64,000 nucleotides of DNA from positions 18,600,001 through 18,664,000 of the forward strand of contig OZ281498.1 of NCBI GenBank assembly GCA_965637545.1, in the 5' to 3' direction. The notes below the pieces were generated by a model. The model had not been told where the DNA came from. It did not search any database and worked only from the letters and a program-made list of their open reading frames with translations. Source of the DNA: Phallusia mammillata. Lineage: Eukaryota. A program made the translations under genes and the position numbers. Below are positions 13,501-25,500 of this stretch, piece by piece; the stretch's first letter is position 1, and each line of letters starts with the position of its first letter.

Positions 13501-16275
13501 AACTGTAAAATTTTAAACTCTCATAATAAATAAACTATCGATGTAAAAAGGTAAATATTGCAGGTCCCGCGTGGCTTGCTGAAGTACAATGAACTTTGAT
13601 CACATAGATTCGATTTTACGTATTAAAAAAGTGAAACTGGTGCTTGCTTGTGCAAACAATAGGGTTGCAATATTCTTCGGTAAGGTCGAAGGTTTCATTT
13701 TATTTGCTCATGATCGGTATCTTGGCGACCGACATTGGAACGCTTGCTATAATGTTATTTACACACCTCAACACGCCCAGCTATAATATGATCCCATTAC
13801 ACGTTCAATCTATGTTTTGTGGCAATTTTTACATTGTGGTAACATTTCTGGTACAGTAATTCAAGATTTATATTCGCAAGGTATGTAGGCTACATTTTCA
13901 ACTCTGTGCAATTTCGGGCTGCCTGACAGTTGGCTTATTGTAAAAATTTAAGCAGGGTTTCACACAAGTTAAAAAGAAACCTTGAACTTTGACCTACATA
14001 AAGCCTCCAGCCCGAAGCCAAATCTATGTTTTTTGTCATAGACTGAATCAGGGTCATACGCTGGTTCTTAACCTGTGGTCCAAAAACCCATTAGGGTTTC
14101 CATGTACTTATCTGTGCAGTTAATTTAAACTGACAGTACAAAGGGATGTAGCAATCGTCTGTGCTTCGATACGTACTACACGGTTTAGCCAAAAGTTACT
14201 TTTCATCAGTGACATTCATTCGGACTTTTTTCGTTGGTCACGTAATTTGTTGCAACTATTTTTATGTTTTTCTTGCAGGCATTGACTTCAGGATTAAAAC
14301 AATTTCTGTTGCCGGTCACCAAGTTCGCTTACAGATTTGGTAAGTATACTAAAACACACACGCCTGTTACATTTTCTAGTACCATATCCTAAACATTATG
14401 TAAAGTTAGAAAACTGTGCTTACACAAAAATCGTCCTGAAGCATTATTAAGTTTTGTCACCTTTTTGACGTTTAAGTATCAAGTACCTATGAGGCACTAA
14501 GTATTACGATGTAACAGTTTTGTGACGAAAATAATAAGCATTACATTCGTTTTGTAGTTTATAATCAGGATTTATGTGTTCAATCAATTAGTTGATCTTT
14601 TGCTGTTCTTCTGTTGAATGCAACCATGCTGACATTCCTTCGCGTTAATCCCTAATTCACTGCTCAGCAAGTTTTCTACTTCAGGCACTGAAGTGATTGC
14701 TTTCGGGCAAATACCATTCCAAAACTCTTTGCCAGTCGTTACGAGAAGTATTTGGCTGCAACAGCTTTAGTTTAGTTGCTTGGTTAGGGTTAGTAGTGTT
14801 GGGATGCTATGAGTTTGAACGTTTTTGTGTGTGTTTCAATATATATTTGCAGATGTTATGTGGATTCTTTTACGTAAAGTTTTTGCTGTTTCGCAGAAAG
14901 CTTGAAAATGCAGCTTTTTACGGCATTACCGCAGGAAAGTTTATTGTATGCCAATGTGTTTACTGTATTCTTTGCCCTCGGCATGTGTCAAAAGGTCATA
15001 TTGAAGCAATGGCCGTATCAGGAAAAACGACCCTACGTTGTTCTGGTTTATTAGCCACCAGAAACGACAATGGCTCATTTCTAGAATAATGCAACAATCG
15101 TAATGTTCCATAACAGGGACACAGCGGGTCAGGAAAGGTTCAACAGCATCACCACTGCCTACTACCGAAATGCAAGGGGTATCGTCATGGTGTATGACGT
15201 CACGAGGCCGGAAACGTACCGGAATTTGGACAAGTGGCTTGACCTGGTTAAAGAGGTAAGGTGTCATAACGGTTGTAGACTTTTTGTTAAGAGTCGCATA
15301 GCCCCCAAAAAGCGTGAATGTATGCTGTTGTGTATGCGCTTTGGCTAGCTAAAGCTGTGACGTATGTTAATTCAATCTTTATTGTCTATTTGTTGTAAGC
15401 CTTGATATATTGATTTACCTTTTTGTTTATCTTAAGAAAGTCGTCCCAATTCGGTACAATTTTGACCCCAAAAGGACCGTCATAACGTTATTATAAAATG
15501 TACTACATTTTCGTTGTCAACGAATGGGCGTCAGATTAATCAATATTTCTGAAAATTGCTGGACAATATACGATTTCTATTTCAGTATGGGCGAGATGAC
15601 GTTGAAATTGCAATCGTGGGAAATAAGGCAGATCTGCCGGATTTGCAAGTAAATCCTCATAAAGCAAGACACGTGAGCTTATGCTGCATTTTCTTTTTTG
15701 TACAAAACGTACTGCTTAGCTTTACACAAGCGTTTGTATTTACAGTTTGCCGAGCAGTCTGGGTTTTTGTTTTATGAAACAAGTGCAAAAGAGAGTTTAA
15801 ACATTGAAACCGTATTTATCAACCTCGTGTACAAAATCCTCAAACAGGTTTGCAAATTGTTTATTTATACACATGACGCATACACAAAGGTGAAAGCGCG
15901 ATACGTCCAATTTTGCGTTATATCGTATTTTACATCCAAATATATAGAACGTATTATATTTACACAGTCATTCTAGCTGCAAAACACACGCATTGTATTT
16001 AGACTGTCAATGAAATTATGCATAGAACTGTATTTTTGCATTAGGTTACAATTATTAGGCCATCGAAATATTAGCAAAGCAACTATGACTAGGCTAAAAG
16101 CGGTTGCAATTGTCACAACAATCTCACGTTCTTTAATTATTTATCTAAATGCGTCTTTGTGTAGATTCCTCAACCACATGAACGTAATCCGCGAATTCGA
16201 AGGAAAACGATTCCTTCCACAATAATCGATGATAATCCGCACGACAAAGAGCCGTGCAGGTCGGCTTGCTGCTAA
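10571..16275 (+). CDS. RAB12: Rab12-like small GTPase, 276 aa, 7 coding exons
   Basis: Exons 10571-10734, 10975-11141, 14279-14339, 15117-15255, 15586-15672, 15746-15847, 16165-16275; all GT-AG with consistent phases, 831 nt in total. G-motifs [32 protein letters not shown]; C-terminal CC prenylation signal. [10 protein letters not shown] and [13 protein letters not shown] match Rab12 best among Rabs (from memory). The first exon is the least certain. Confidence 0.88.
11412..13495. mobile_element. 2.1-kb non-autonomous hAT element in Rab intron 2
   Basis: TIR caggggcggctcgtgc / gcacgagccgccactg (15/16); perfect 8-bp TSD gtggcaac (11404-11411, 13496-13503); repeated gggggctgc/gcagcacccc subterminal motifs; no intact transposase ORF. 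Confidence 0.9.
11610..11636. repeat. (AAT)8 microsatellite inside the hAT element
   Basis: Read directly from the sequence. Confidence 0.95.
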
Positions 16276-17002
16276 CAAACTCTCTGGCTCAAACGAGCGG
16301 ATGGAATGTTATCATGAAAAGGTGATCGCGTGATGGAGACAGAGAGCACAAAAATTTGATCGTTTAACTCTTGTCTGCCTTTGTCATGCCATTAAGGGTT
16401 GTAAAGCGATATTCAACTGTTTGCATACCTTGATGCATTGAAGCTACAGTACACATGCATTTTGTTGATAAATTTGACGTATTACGCCTCTGAAATATTA
16501 CATTTACCTGTAGTTTCGCTTTTTTTAAATTGTTGATATTTGAGCGGTACTATGGACGTAGTTACGTTGTGTGGTGCATGGTTCTGCGCCCACACTTTTG
16601 CGCCGAGCGTACGCATAGTACCATGCAGATTTACACATTTGTACCGAACGATAGCGTGGTTAAAAACGAAATTTCTGTCACGTGAAAGCACATGGAATTT
16701 GACATCTAGCTACACAATTATTCTGTTTTAATGTCGTGCCCGTGTCTGAGACCTAAAACTAAATTGGCAACAAACAATCTACCTGCAGTACTTCGTTTCT
16801 GCTTTTCTTTGGACAAAATAACAAATTACTCCCTAAACCGCGACAAAATTAGCTTCCATTTACAAAAAAAACCATGTTTGTATAACGATTTATCTTCAGC
16901 AATTTGATCAGTAACATGTAGCTAATTATTAGCTGCTAATATAACGAATTAACCAAAGAGAAATTCTGATTGTTTTAAACAGACCTGTTTGTTGATTTAA
17001 AA

Positions 17003-17008
17003 AATAAA
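17003..17008 (+). other. Candidate polyadenylation signal of the Rab gene
   Basis: AATAAA ~730 nt after the stop codon, followed by T/GT-rich sequence. AATAAA is common in AT-rich DNA. Confidence 0.4.
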
Positions 17009-17371
17009 GGTTTGCCGCTGCATACATATATTTGTTTAAAGCCTTTTAAAAGTTGCAGTAAAGGTTGTTATGGACGTTCATAATTGTCTTCTTCTTGTGT
17101 GTTATTTTTATGTTTTCTTGTCTTCACAAACGCGTATTATATTACACTGTGCCCTGCATTTGCTCTCCACGTTAAGGATTTTTTTGTTTGTTTTACTGTT
17201 TACAAATACCCATAACATTTTTCTGTCTTTTTATGTCATACACATACTTTCATTTTATTACCACTTTTCTTCATTGGTCATAGTTGTCAGTGGAATTTTA
17301 AATGTAAAAATGTAAGTTATTGTTTCAGCTTTTAGGTTTTGTATGTTTGTCTAAATGCAGTGACTCTACAG

Positions 17372-17681
17372 CAGTGGTTCTCAAACTTGTATGGATCGCG
17401 TACCACCGGAGAACTTTTTCTATCGCTGCGTACCACTAAACCCTGTTTGAATGGATAGACCAAGAAACAGGGCCCTTTTCTCGACCTGGCTAGCATATTT
17501 AGCAATTTCATAGAATGTTCAAAACAAGAGTTTCGCCCAAACCAGGGCTGATCAGTTGGATCAGTTGAGTTGCAATTTTAGATTGGACTTAAATTAGGTA
17601 TAGCAGAAAACTACTCGCGTACCACCTAAAAAGTTCTGGCGTACCACTAGTGGTACGCGTACCAGACTTTGAGAACCAGTG
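17372..17681. mobile_element. hAT MITE
   Basis: TIR cagtggttctcaaa / tttgagaaccagtg; perfect 8-bp TSD ctctacag; repeated cgcgtaccac subterminal motifs. Confidence 0.92.
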
Positions 17682-17917
17682 CTCTACAGGAACGTTTACC
17701 CCGAAGTAAAGTTTTGGCGTAAAAACCTTTGATTTAAGAAAAAGTCTGCAAACTTGTTGGCACTGTGGACCGGTTTGAGAAGTGGTATGTGAATATTTTA
17801 CCGCTATCGGGTGCTTAGCACCATCTGCCTGTCACAGTTGCCAATCACAACCAAATTGTTTTCCATACGTTTATCCAACATATCGCCTTTCTTATTTTTA
17901 CATCACGAACCCGTACC

Positions 17918-18110
17918 CAGTGCTGGATTAACCATTAGGCAGAGTAGGCACGTGCCTACAGGCCGGTCAAAAATCCAGGCCAGTTGCAACAACGATCTTT
18001 GTGACAATGATTTGGCAACACTGATAATTCTAATTTTTAGTTGGCAGCCCTGATTTTCGGGCCACTTATAAAATGTGCCTACAGGCCAGCAGACCCTTAA
18101 TCCGACACTG
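17918..18110. mobile_element. hAT MITE (193 bp)
   Basis: TIR cagtgctggattaa / ttaatccgacactg; perfect 8-bp TSD cccgtacc; gtgcctacaggcc repeated near both ends. Confidence 0.9.
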
Positions 18111-21100
18111 CCCGTACCGGAAGGCCAAGTGATTGTCGAGTTTTGACCCTGGCTTAAAGCATCATGCTCCAATCACAATTCACAAACCTACCAAAGGTTA
18201 AAACACTCGTACAAGACGAGGTCCGAATACAAAGCATTGTCCAAAAAATGGACACAAGGGAACAAAAACTTCCTTGTCATGTTACTTCCGCCTCCCTAGG
18301 GAAAGTAGCTGTAAAAATTAAAAACCTATCCTGTACGTTCCCTGTGGTCAAATGTCAAAAAAGTGAAGCCAAATTTAAATCTTGCTTTCCTGCTTAAACC
18401 GTGCGCCAAAAAGATAATACACAGTGATAATTAGTTCGATTTAGCTTATTGCAACTGGTGGATCAGGTATTTCACTGCGAAGCCAAACGCTGCAGAAAAA
18501 TGTAGTTTTTGCCTGTGTGTTTTGATGTGAGAAAGCGGTTTTACGTCTTCGGTTACATCAAACGTGGTTGGTATCTGTTATAAAATCCTCCTTGTGGCTG
18601 TGCCGTAAACAAATCGTGGTCGAAAGTCAACAAAAAACAGCAAACCGGGATTATGCGTTAAGCCCCATAAGTGGTATTACCAATTTAGCACCAAATCGCT
18701 GACCATGCAACTTTCCCGTCGCCACACGCTATAAAACGAAGGTTAAATTTCTTTTTGAGATGAAAGACCATTCGCCGCAGTCACTCAGCGTGGAACGTCA
18801 TACTTGGATCAAAGCATGTTGCATCTGCTAAAGCGTAGGAGAAAGAAAGAAACAGAGAAGTTAGGAGTGAAGAGCAGAGGAGTGAGAGTGATGGATTGGC
18901 CGGGTTAAGTCTTTCAGTTATATCGCCCTGTCAAAATATTTCTACAAAATCCCTCACTTAAAGAAAAGGCAACTTGGGAATCGGGAAACTGAACAGAGAG
19001 ATAGTAGCTTGTGGCAAAAACCTTGATTGGTGAGAGAGTGAGCTGTTTTGACGCCGTTTTTGACCACATTTTTCGAGTAAATTAGAAAGGTGTCGTGAAA
19101 AAAGTGGATTAATTTCTGTTTGCAATCTGAGAAAAATGGGATTTTGTGGTTATCGTTTGCAGTGCATTGTAGACTTGTTGGCTGAAAGCGAAGTATTACA
19201 AAAAATATCATATTTATAAAAACGAACCTTATTTCACTCGCTTTCTAAACCGTAAAAAGGTTAATGAAAGTTGAGTTGAATCTGGCCAAAGTGTAGTATT
19301 TTAGAAAATGATGTCAGTAACATTCAAATCGAAGTGAGACTCATTACTTAAAATATCTTCCGAAGGATTTCTAACAAAACAGTAACTAAGTTACTTTAAA
19401 CTGCTCTAACTCATATTTCTCATCTAGTCAGTGTTAAACATAGTTAAACTTAGCCTGGTTATATTAATTCACATTAGGATTGTTATTAGTTGAGAGTTAA
19501 TACAAATAAGTATCGTCCTGTCCTATAGAAGCGGCGTTCTACGCATTCAGGCTTGTTTAAAAAATAAGTTAAAGAATTAAAATCATATTTGTTGTAGAGT
19601 GTAGACGTATGATTGATGAAATCAACAAAATATTTTTGGTTGATGTATTTTTTCTGTTACGTATCACAGTTGTTTGTTTCTTATTTACTTTTTTATATTT
19701 GAAGGACGGAGCGTTTCTCTTTTTGGTCAGTAAAGAGTGGTTTAGGTTTTTTTTAAATACCGCACATGATTATTTTATTTGTTCACTTCAGCATTTCCTC
19801 CATACAGACATTGCACGACAAGACAGTACAATATCACTAGGATTATTGGTTATAGTTCAGCTGAAAAACAAATCTAAGGTCTCCCAACGAATGTAAACAA
19901 ATAGTTCATCGCGAAAGTTTGGATCTGCAGCCATTTTGTGTCCAAACAGGGAAACAACGTTGTTGGCAAACAGCATTTATTATATTCCTATAGGTTATCA
20001 TGACGTTATAGGGTCGCTTTATTACTGTGTGTATTTCGCATAACTATACGCTTGTAATAATTAATGTGTTTTTAAGTTGTTGGAATTTGTAGTTTTTCAA
20101 AAAAAAACTTCCAGCCCAATGTGCCAGTTAAGCAGTTCATGCAAACTTCGGCAAAAAATCTCCAGGCTGTTTAACGATTTTTTATCTTTCTTTGGCCAAA
20201 CTGATTCAATAACGTTTTGTGGTAGTAGTATCTTTTGTCAAAGGTCCCACTGTCCTAGTTTTCAAGTAAACACTTTGTACTTTCTAATGGCCTAGAACTA
20301 GCGTTGAGTGATTCTATTTCGCATTATGAAAGAAAACAAAATGAGAAAATTTTGTGTAAAAAATTCACTATTCAGGCCAACACACAGATCTACATTTATG
20401 GTTTTGCCACAATATACCCACCAAAGCTCAAAATTCTAACTTAAATATCAAATTCCCATTTGTACGCAATCAACATGCATCAAAATAGCGTAATTGGTTC
20501 ATTTAAATATAATTTATCGCGCCAAACAAGCATGTGGGTCGTACGGCGCGTCGCAATGCAACTCCCAAATCGTTGGTCCCAGTGGGCTAGTATGACGTAA
20601 GTTGACTGGTTGTTGTGCTTGTGTTGATGCCTCGGGAACGAAGCGAAAACTTCAAAGACAATTTTACAGCTGGCGGAAGGCGATATTGCCACAAAATGAA
20701 GTCCCGCCGCCTGTTTCCCATCAAAACTTGCCGTTTTTCGTGCGATAATGGAACGTAGAATCGCCTTTGATTCCAGCGGTGATCTGGAAATTGCGTTTTT
20801 ATTTCAATACCTTGCTTTGCGGCATAGTCACGTTTAAGAATTTTGTTGGTGCTTTATGTGAAAGGGCTAATTGGTTAAAAGCATGACGTTAAAAACAAAG
20901 CATTTTTCCTTTTCTGAATTTTTTCATTATCATTGCGAAAGGCTCCTGCTTGCACAAAGGTTAACAACTTATTTTTTACCGTTTTTCTACTGATTTGTTT
21001 GTCGATGAATGAGTATATCCTACAATAGCAATTACACTTGCTACTGTTGTGGAAATAAGTGTTAAAATGAAAAAAGTGTACCTACGCCAGTTTAATTTGC

Positions 21101-22559
21101 TTAAAAATAAAAATGTTCAATGGACTATTTAAGAAGCCAACTTATTCAAAATATACTGTAAATGTAAGCAAAGAGGATACAGTATAGAATACTGGTAAAC
21201 ATTCCCGTGATAAAACAAAGTTTACAAGCGCATTTTTGCAATAACATGTGGGCATTTTTTGTTCAATTGTTTATCATGCGGCTGTTGCAGCTCGAATAGT
21301 TATCCTAACATACAAATATTTTCGCCCCATACAAATATTTTCTGTCCAACCATTACTTTTTCAAAAATCGACTTCGCAAGTGAAAATATAACAGTGTGAC
21401 TGTATAAATTTATTATAGAGGAAATTTATATTTTATACAACATAAAAAATAAACTGCAATATCAACGTGCGTTCCAAGATCTAACAATGGCCCTTTAATG
21501 TGCGATAAAGAACCACGCCTCTATGTATGAGCGACGAAAGTAACGATTTCCCATGGGCATTACTCACACTTAAGCAACAAATCCATTAACTCGTTTCAAA
21601 GACGAGTAGATAGAGACGCTGATGGAACTCGAGCAATTCGTATTGTCAGCAAGTTTTTTAACTAGTTTAGCAAAAATCCCTGAAGGTTTAAGTTAGGGAT
21701 TTGTTAATTGCAGTGTAATATGTGCGAGAAATTGTTGTTGGCTTTGACTTTGTGCTGTAGAAACTTTTTTTAAACAAGCCCAAAGCTGGAAAAAAGCTAG
21801 TTAGATTTGAAATTTTTGCAATCAACTTTGACGCAGTTTGTTTAGATGATCATAAAAATAAGCATTTGACCAAAAATCACTGTTATAAATATATAGCACC
21901 AGTCAGTATTTTTTTACATGCTATTTGTTTTAAAAAACATCCCGATGTGTGTTTTTTTTGTTTTAACGTTTGTTTTGAAACTAAATTTAAATTAGTGAAC
22001 ATCGGAAAGTTATAAACTGATGAAAATGAATTTGTTGATTTATTTCTTTACAAAAACGTATCATATCGAAGAAATACTGTTGCTAAAATTCAATGTTGCT
22101 CAATGGAACTGTTTATGTGACAAGTTAGCACGTGTATGTGGAAAACATGAGATGTTTTGCTACTTTGTTGGTATGGTTGAATTAGTTAATAGCACTGTTT
22201 GCAATAGTTATGCTCAAAATTCGGACCAGTCGATACTTTAAGAAAATTTTGTCACGTTAATATTTTAGATCACGTCACATCTTTTGGATATTAGTTTTTT
22301 TGTTACCTTGTACTTCAGTAAGTAAAACAGTTTTATGTCCAAACACAAAAACTGAAAATTATAACTGTGTCTATGTGCTTGTAAGGTTAACTCGATTTTT
22401 TACATGTTTTCATCTGACTGATAAAATTCGACAAAAATTATTCAGACGTTTAAAATTAATCAAACCTCTCTTTTCTACTACAGGCGTTTAATCAATTGAC
22501 TTTAGGCACTTCACATAAAACCTTACTGTTTAACGAGCCGTGAAAGCAGCGCGTGTGTT

Positions 22560-25500
22560 ATGACAGAATTTCACGCCGCGCGTAATTTTACGGTCAGTCG
22601 ACTCCTCAACCTCGCAGCGAACAACCACCATCAGCAGCATCCTCACGCAGCGCCGCCGGGATATCAGTGCGCTTGGCCGGCGGAAAATACAAAATCTCCC
22701 GAGGTGGAGGCGCCGCAACCAAACACCAACGAAACAGTAATGCACAATAAAGGTGATGTTCATGGGCGCCCTGTACAAATTTACCCGGAAAATGGACACG
22801 GTTTTCCCGTGCAGGCTGGATATGCTGGACAGTCCTTGCTTGAGAATCAAGGTGGCGCGACCCGTACACATTGGACCGGACACAAACTTGCGACAGAACA
22901 CGAAAACTGGAATCCTGGCCTACCAACTTGTGTTTACAAACAAAGCGCTGATAACTGTAAGGAAGATGCAAAAGAGCTGGAAGATGGAAATAATCTTCAG
23001 GAAGAGGATGTTGAGAAAGATGGTGGACGAAGATTGTCAAGTAACTCGGAAAATGCAGGACAATGGAAATCATCAAGTACTGGAAAACCACAAGGTAAAA
23101 GAATCCTGTTCGCCTCGTGCAGTAAGATTTTAAGGTTCTCATATATCTGCTCATTACGAACCTAACAAATAAATTAACTATCAAAGCAAGTAGAAGCACA
23201 AAAAGTTGTTGAAAAGAAGACACAAAATGTCTGTTTAGTTGGAACAATTCCTATGTATCTAAAGTTCTTAGTCTTGACTTGGTATATTTTTCAATCTAAG
23301 CTTATTAACGAAAGCGTTGTTTAGACACAGCAACTACTGAAGCATCCTCGGAATCAAGTACAAGTCCGTCTCCGGTTGTTGCCTCAGAAGTTACTGATGG
23401 AACGGTATGTCGACATATGAAATGGCCACAAAAGTCAGTCAAAATTTATCTAATAGTAAAATATAATTTGCCCAAAACTGCAGCAAATTTCAAAGTGAAA
23501 ACACGAAATCAGACGCTGTATTTCGCTTTTATAAGCATCGTCAGTGCCTGAAAAACACAATATGTGGTAGCGGGGTAAAAGTTGCCTATTTCGCATGTTC
23601 TGATCCATATGGAAATTAAATCGTATTGAATTAAGTGGAAATTAGTTTCTGTAATTTGGTTTCGCCCGTCGGCTGGATTTATAGGCAAAGCCGATCGAGG
23701 TTTGTGGTTCGGTTGTTTGTTTTTCCGCAACCACACAACCCGCTAACGAATCTTCAAAGGCGGACGATAGTTACCTGTTTTATGCCTTTCAACATATTAA
23801 CTTGACGTATGTCATATTCACCAAAATATGGTTTCGCTGGAAGCAAAACGTTAAGCAGTTAATCACAATTCCACTTTAAGTTGCAGTCTATACTTTAAAC
23901 TAGAATCTCCCAGCTTGTTGTTTGATAGATGAACTGCAATGAACCTTATGCTCAAGATTATTAAAACACCAAGTAATTCATCCTTATGAATTCAAAATAA
24001 ATATATTTCGCCTTTGTGGCATCATCGGTATCTATAGGCAATCACCAAGATATCAATTGGTGAAACATTACACATAAAACAATGGTAAAAATGCATAAAA
24101 TTAGTTGGACACTTCAAACATATTTTCGTTCCTAAAACTTTAAAGTAAAACAACAACATAAGGTATGCACTAAAAGTAAAGAATTGGTCACTAGTTTAAA
24201 ACAATGGCCATTACGGTCGCTTAATTTAACATTGGGCGACTTTAGGCATCGTCGGAGCGTCCCGACTTCAACACTGTATCCTACGTCCCTGCTTCCAGTG
24301 ATGGAAAGTCCTCACATGACGCCTACAACGTTTTTATGACGTCACAAATGCAGAACGGCGATGACGACACGTCACACATGAACGTCACAGCTCCTCGAAA
24401 AAAGCAAAGAAGGTAAACAGAAGCCATTGACCAGACATAACATGAAAACACACACAACATAAAAGCACCATAGAAAGAAACATCTTTAAAATCATAACCT
24501 TTTTGAATTTTGCCCTCAGTCATAAATACCTTTTTAATATTGTTAGACATGTTTTTCTCTTTGTTATTGGTCGTCTACTATTTTCATTAAAAAAATGCGA
24601 AACGAGCATTGTTTTTCTTTTCCGTAAACCGCACTCAAGGCAATACGTACAACAAAAGTAACTTTACCTTTTCACAATTTAGCATTAAATATAGATTGTG
24701 TCCGTTGTGCAGGACACGTACCACCTTCAACAGTGGACAATTAGCCGCTTTGGAGAGAGTCTTTGAGCGGACTCATTATCCCGATGCATTTGTGAGAGAA
24801 GAGTTAGCAAGAAGGGTGGGACTCACCGAAGCTAGAGTCCAGGTATAACAGTGTTGTTAAGCAAACCAAGAGTCTTTCACAAATCGGTGCTAAATAGTTT
24901 TCTCCAAATCAAACCCTAGTTGCAACGTGATGCCAATTAAGCAAAAAAAATATTAAGCTGTGTGTGTCAGCATACAAAATTCAAAAAACATGCCGTTCAT
25001 TCCTAATTATAAAGTTGCGTATTTTGTGTAACATTTTCATCTTAAAAGTATACAGGCTAATTAGCGCAAATAAATGACCGATATTTAACGAGTTTCATTT
25101 TTATCAAGCTTTAAGTGAGTGACGACTTTTCTGAAACAAGTTATTAATATTTTAGTAATTTTCCTTCCAGGTATGGTTTCAAAATAGAAGAGCAAAATTT
25201 CGCAGGGCCGAAAGATCCCTGCTGACAGCTCGAATGTCAATACGTCATCCGTTGCATCATCACACTGCGTCATCAAGTGAGACGCCATTTTGTTTCACTT
25301 ATGTAGCTTATAGGTTTGGGGGCAGCCGAGCAACCGCTGTATATTGAATTTACAGACCGCAAAAGACATGTCGAATAACTATAGTACAACAGTTTAGTGC
25401 AATTAAAACCAGCAAAAAACAAAACTTTGCATGTAAGCGAAAAGTCTAAGGCAATCTAAAAAATAGAATATAAATACAATACGATCCTTTGAAATTTTTT

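Noticed and set aside
22530-23247. Long overlapping ORFs in other frames of Prrx exon 1 (123, 126, 213 aa)
   Set aside because: Shadow ORFs of a GC-richer coding exon, with no recognisable motifs.
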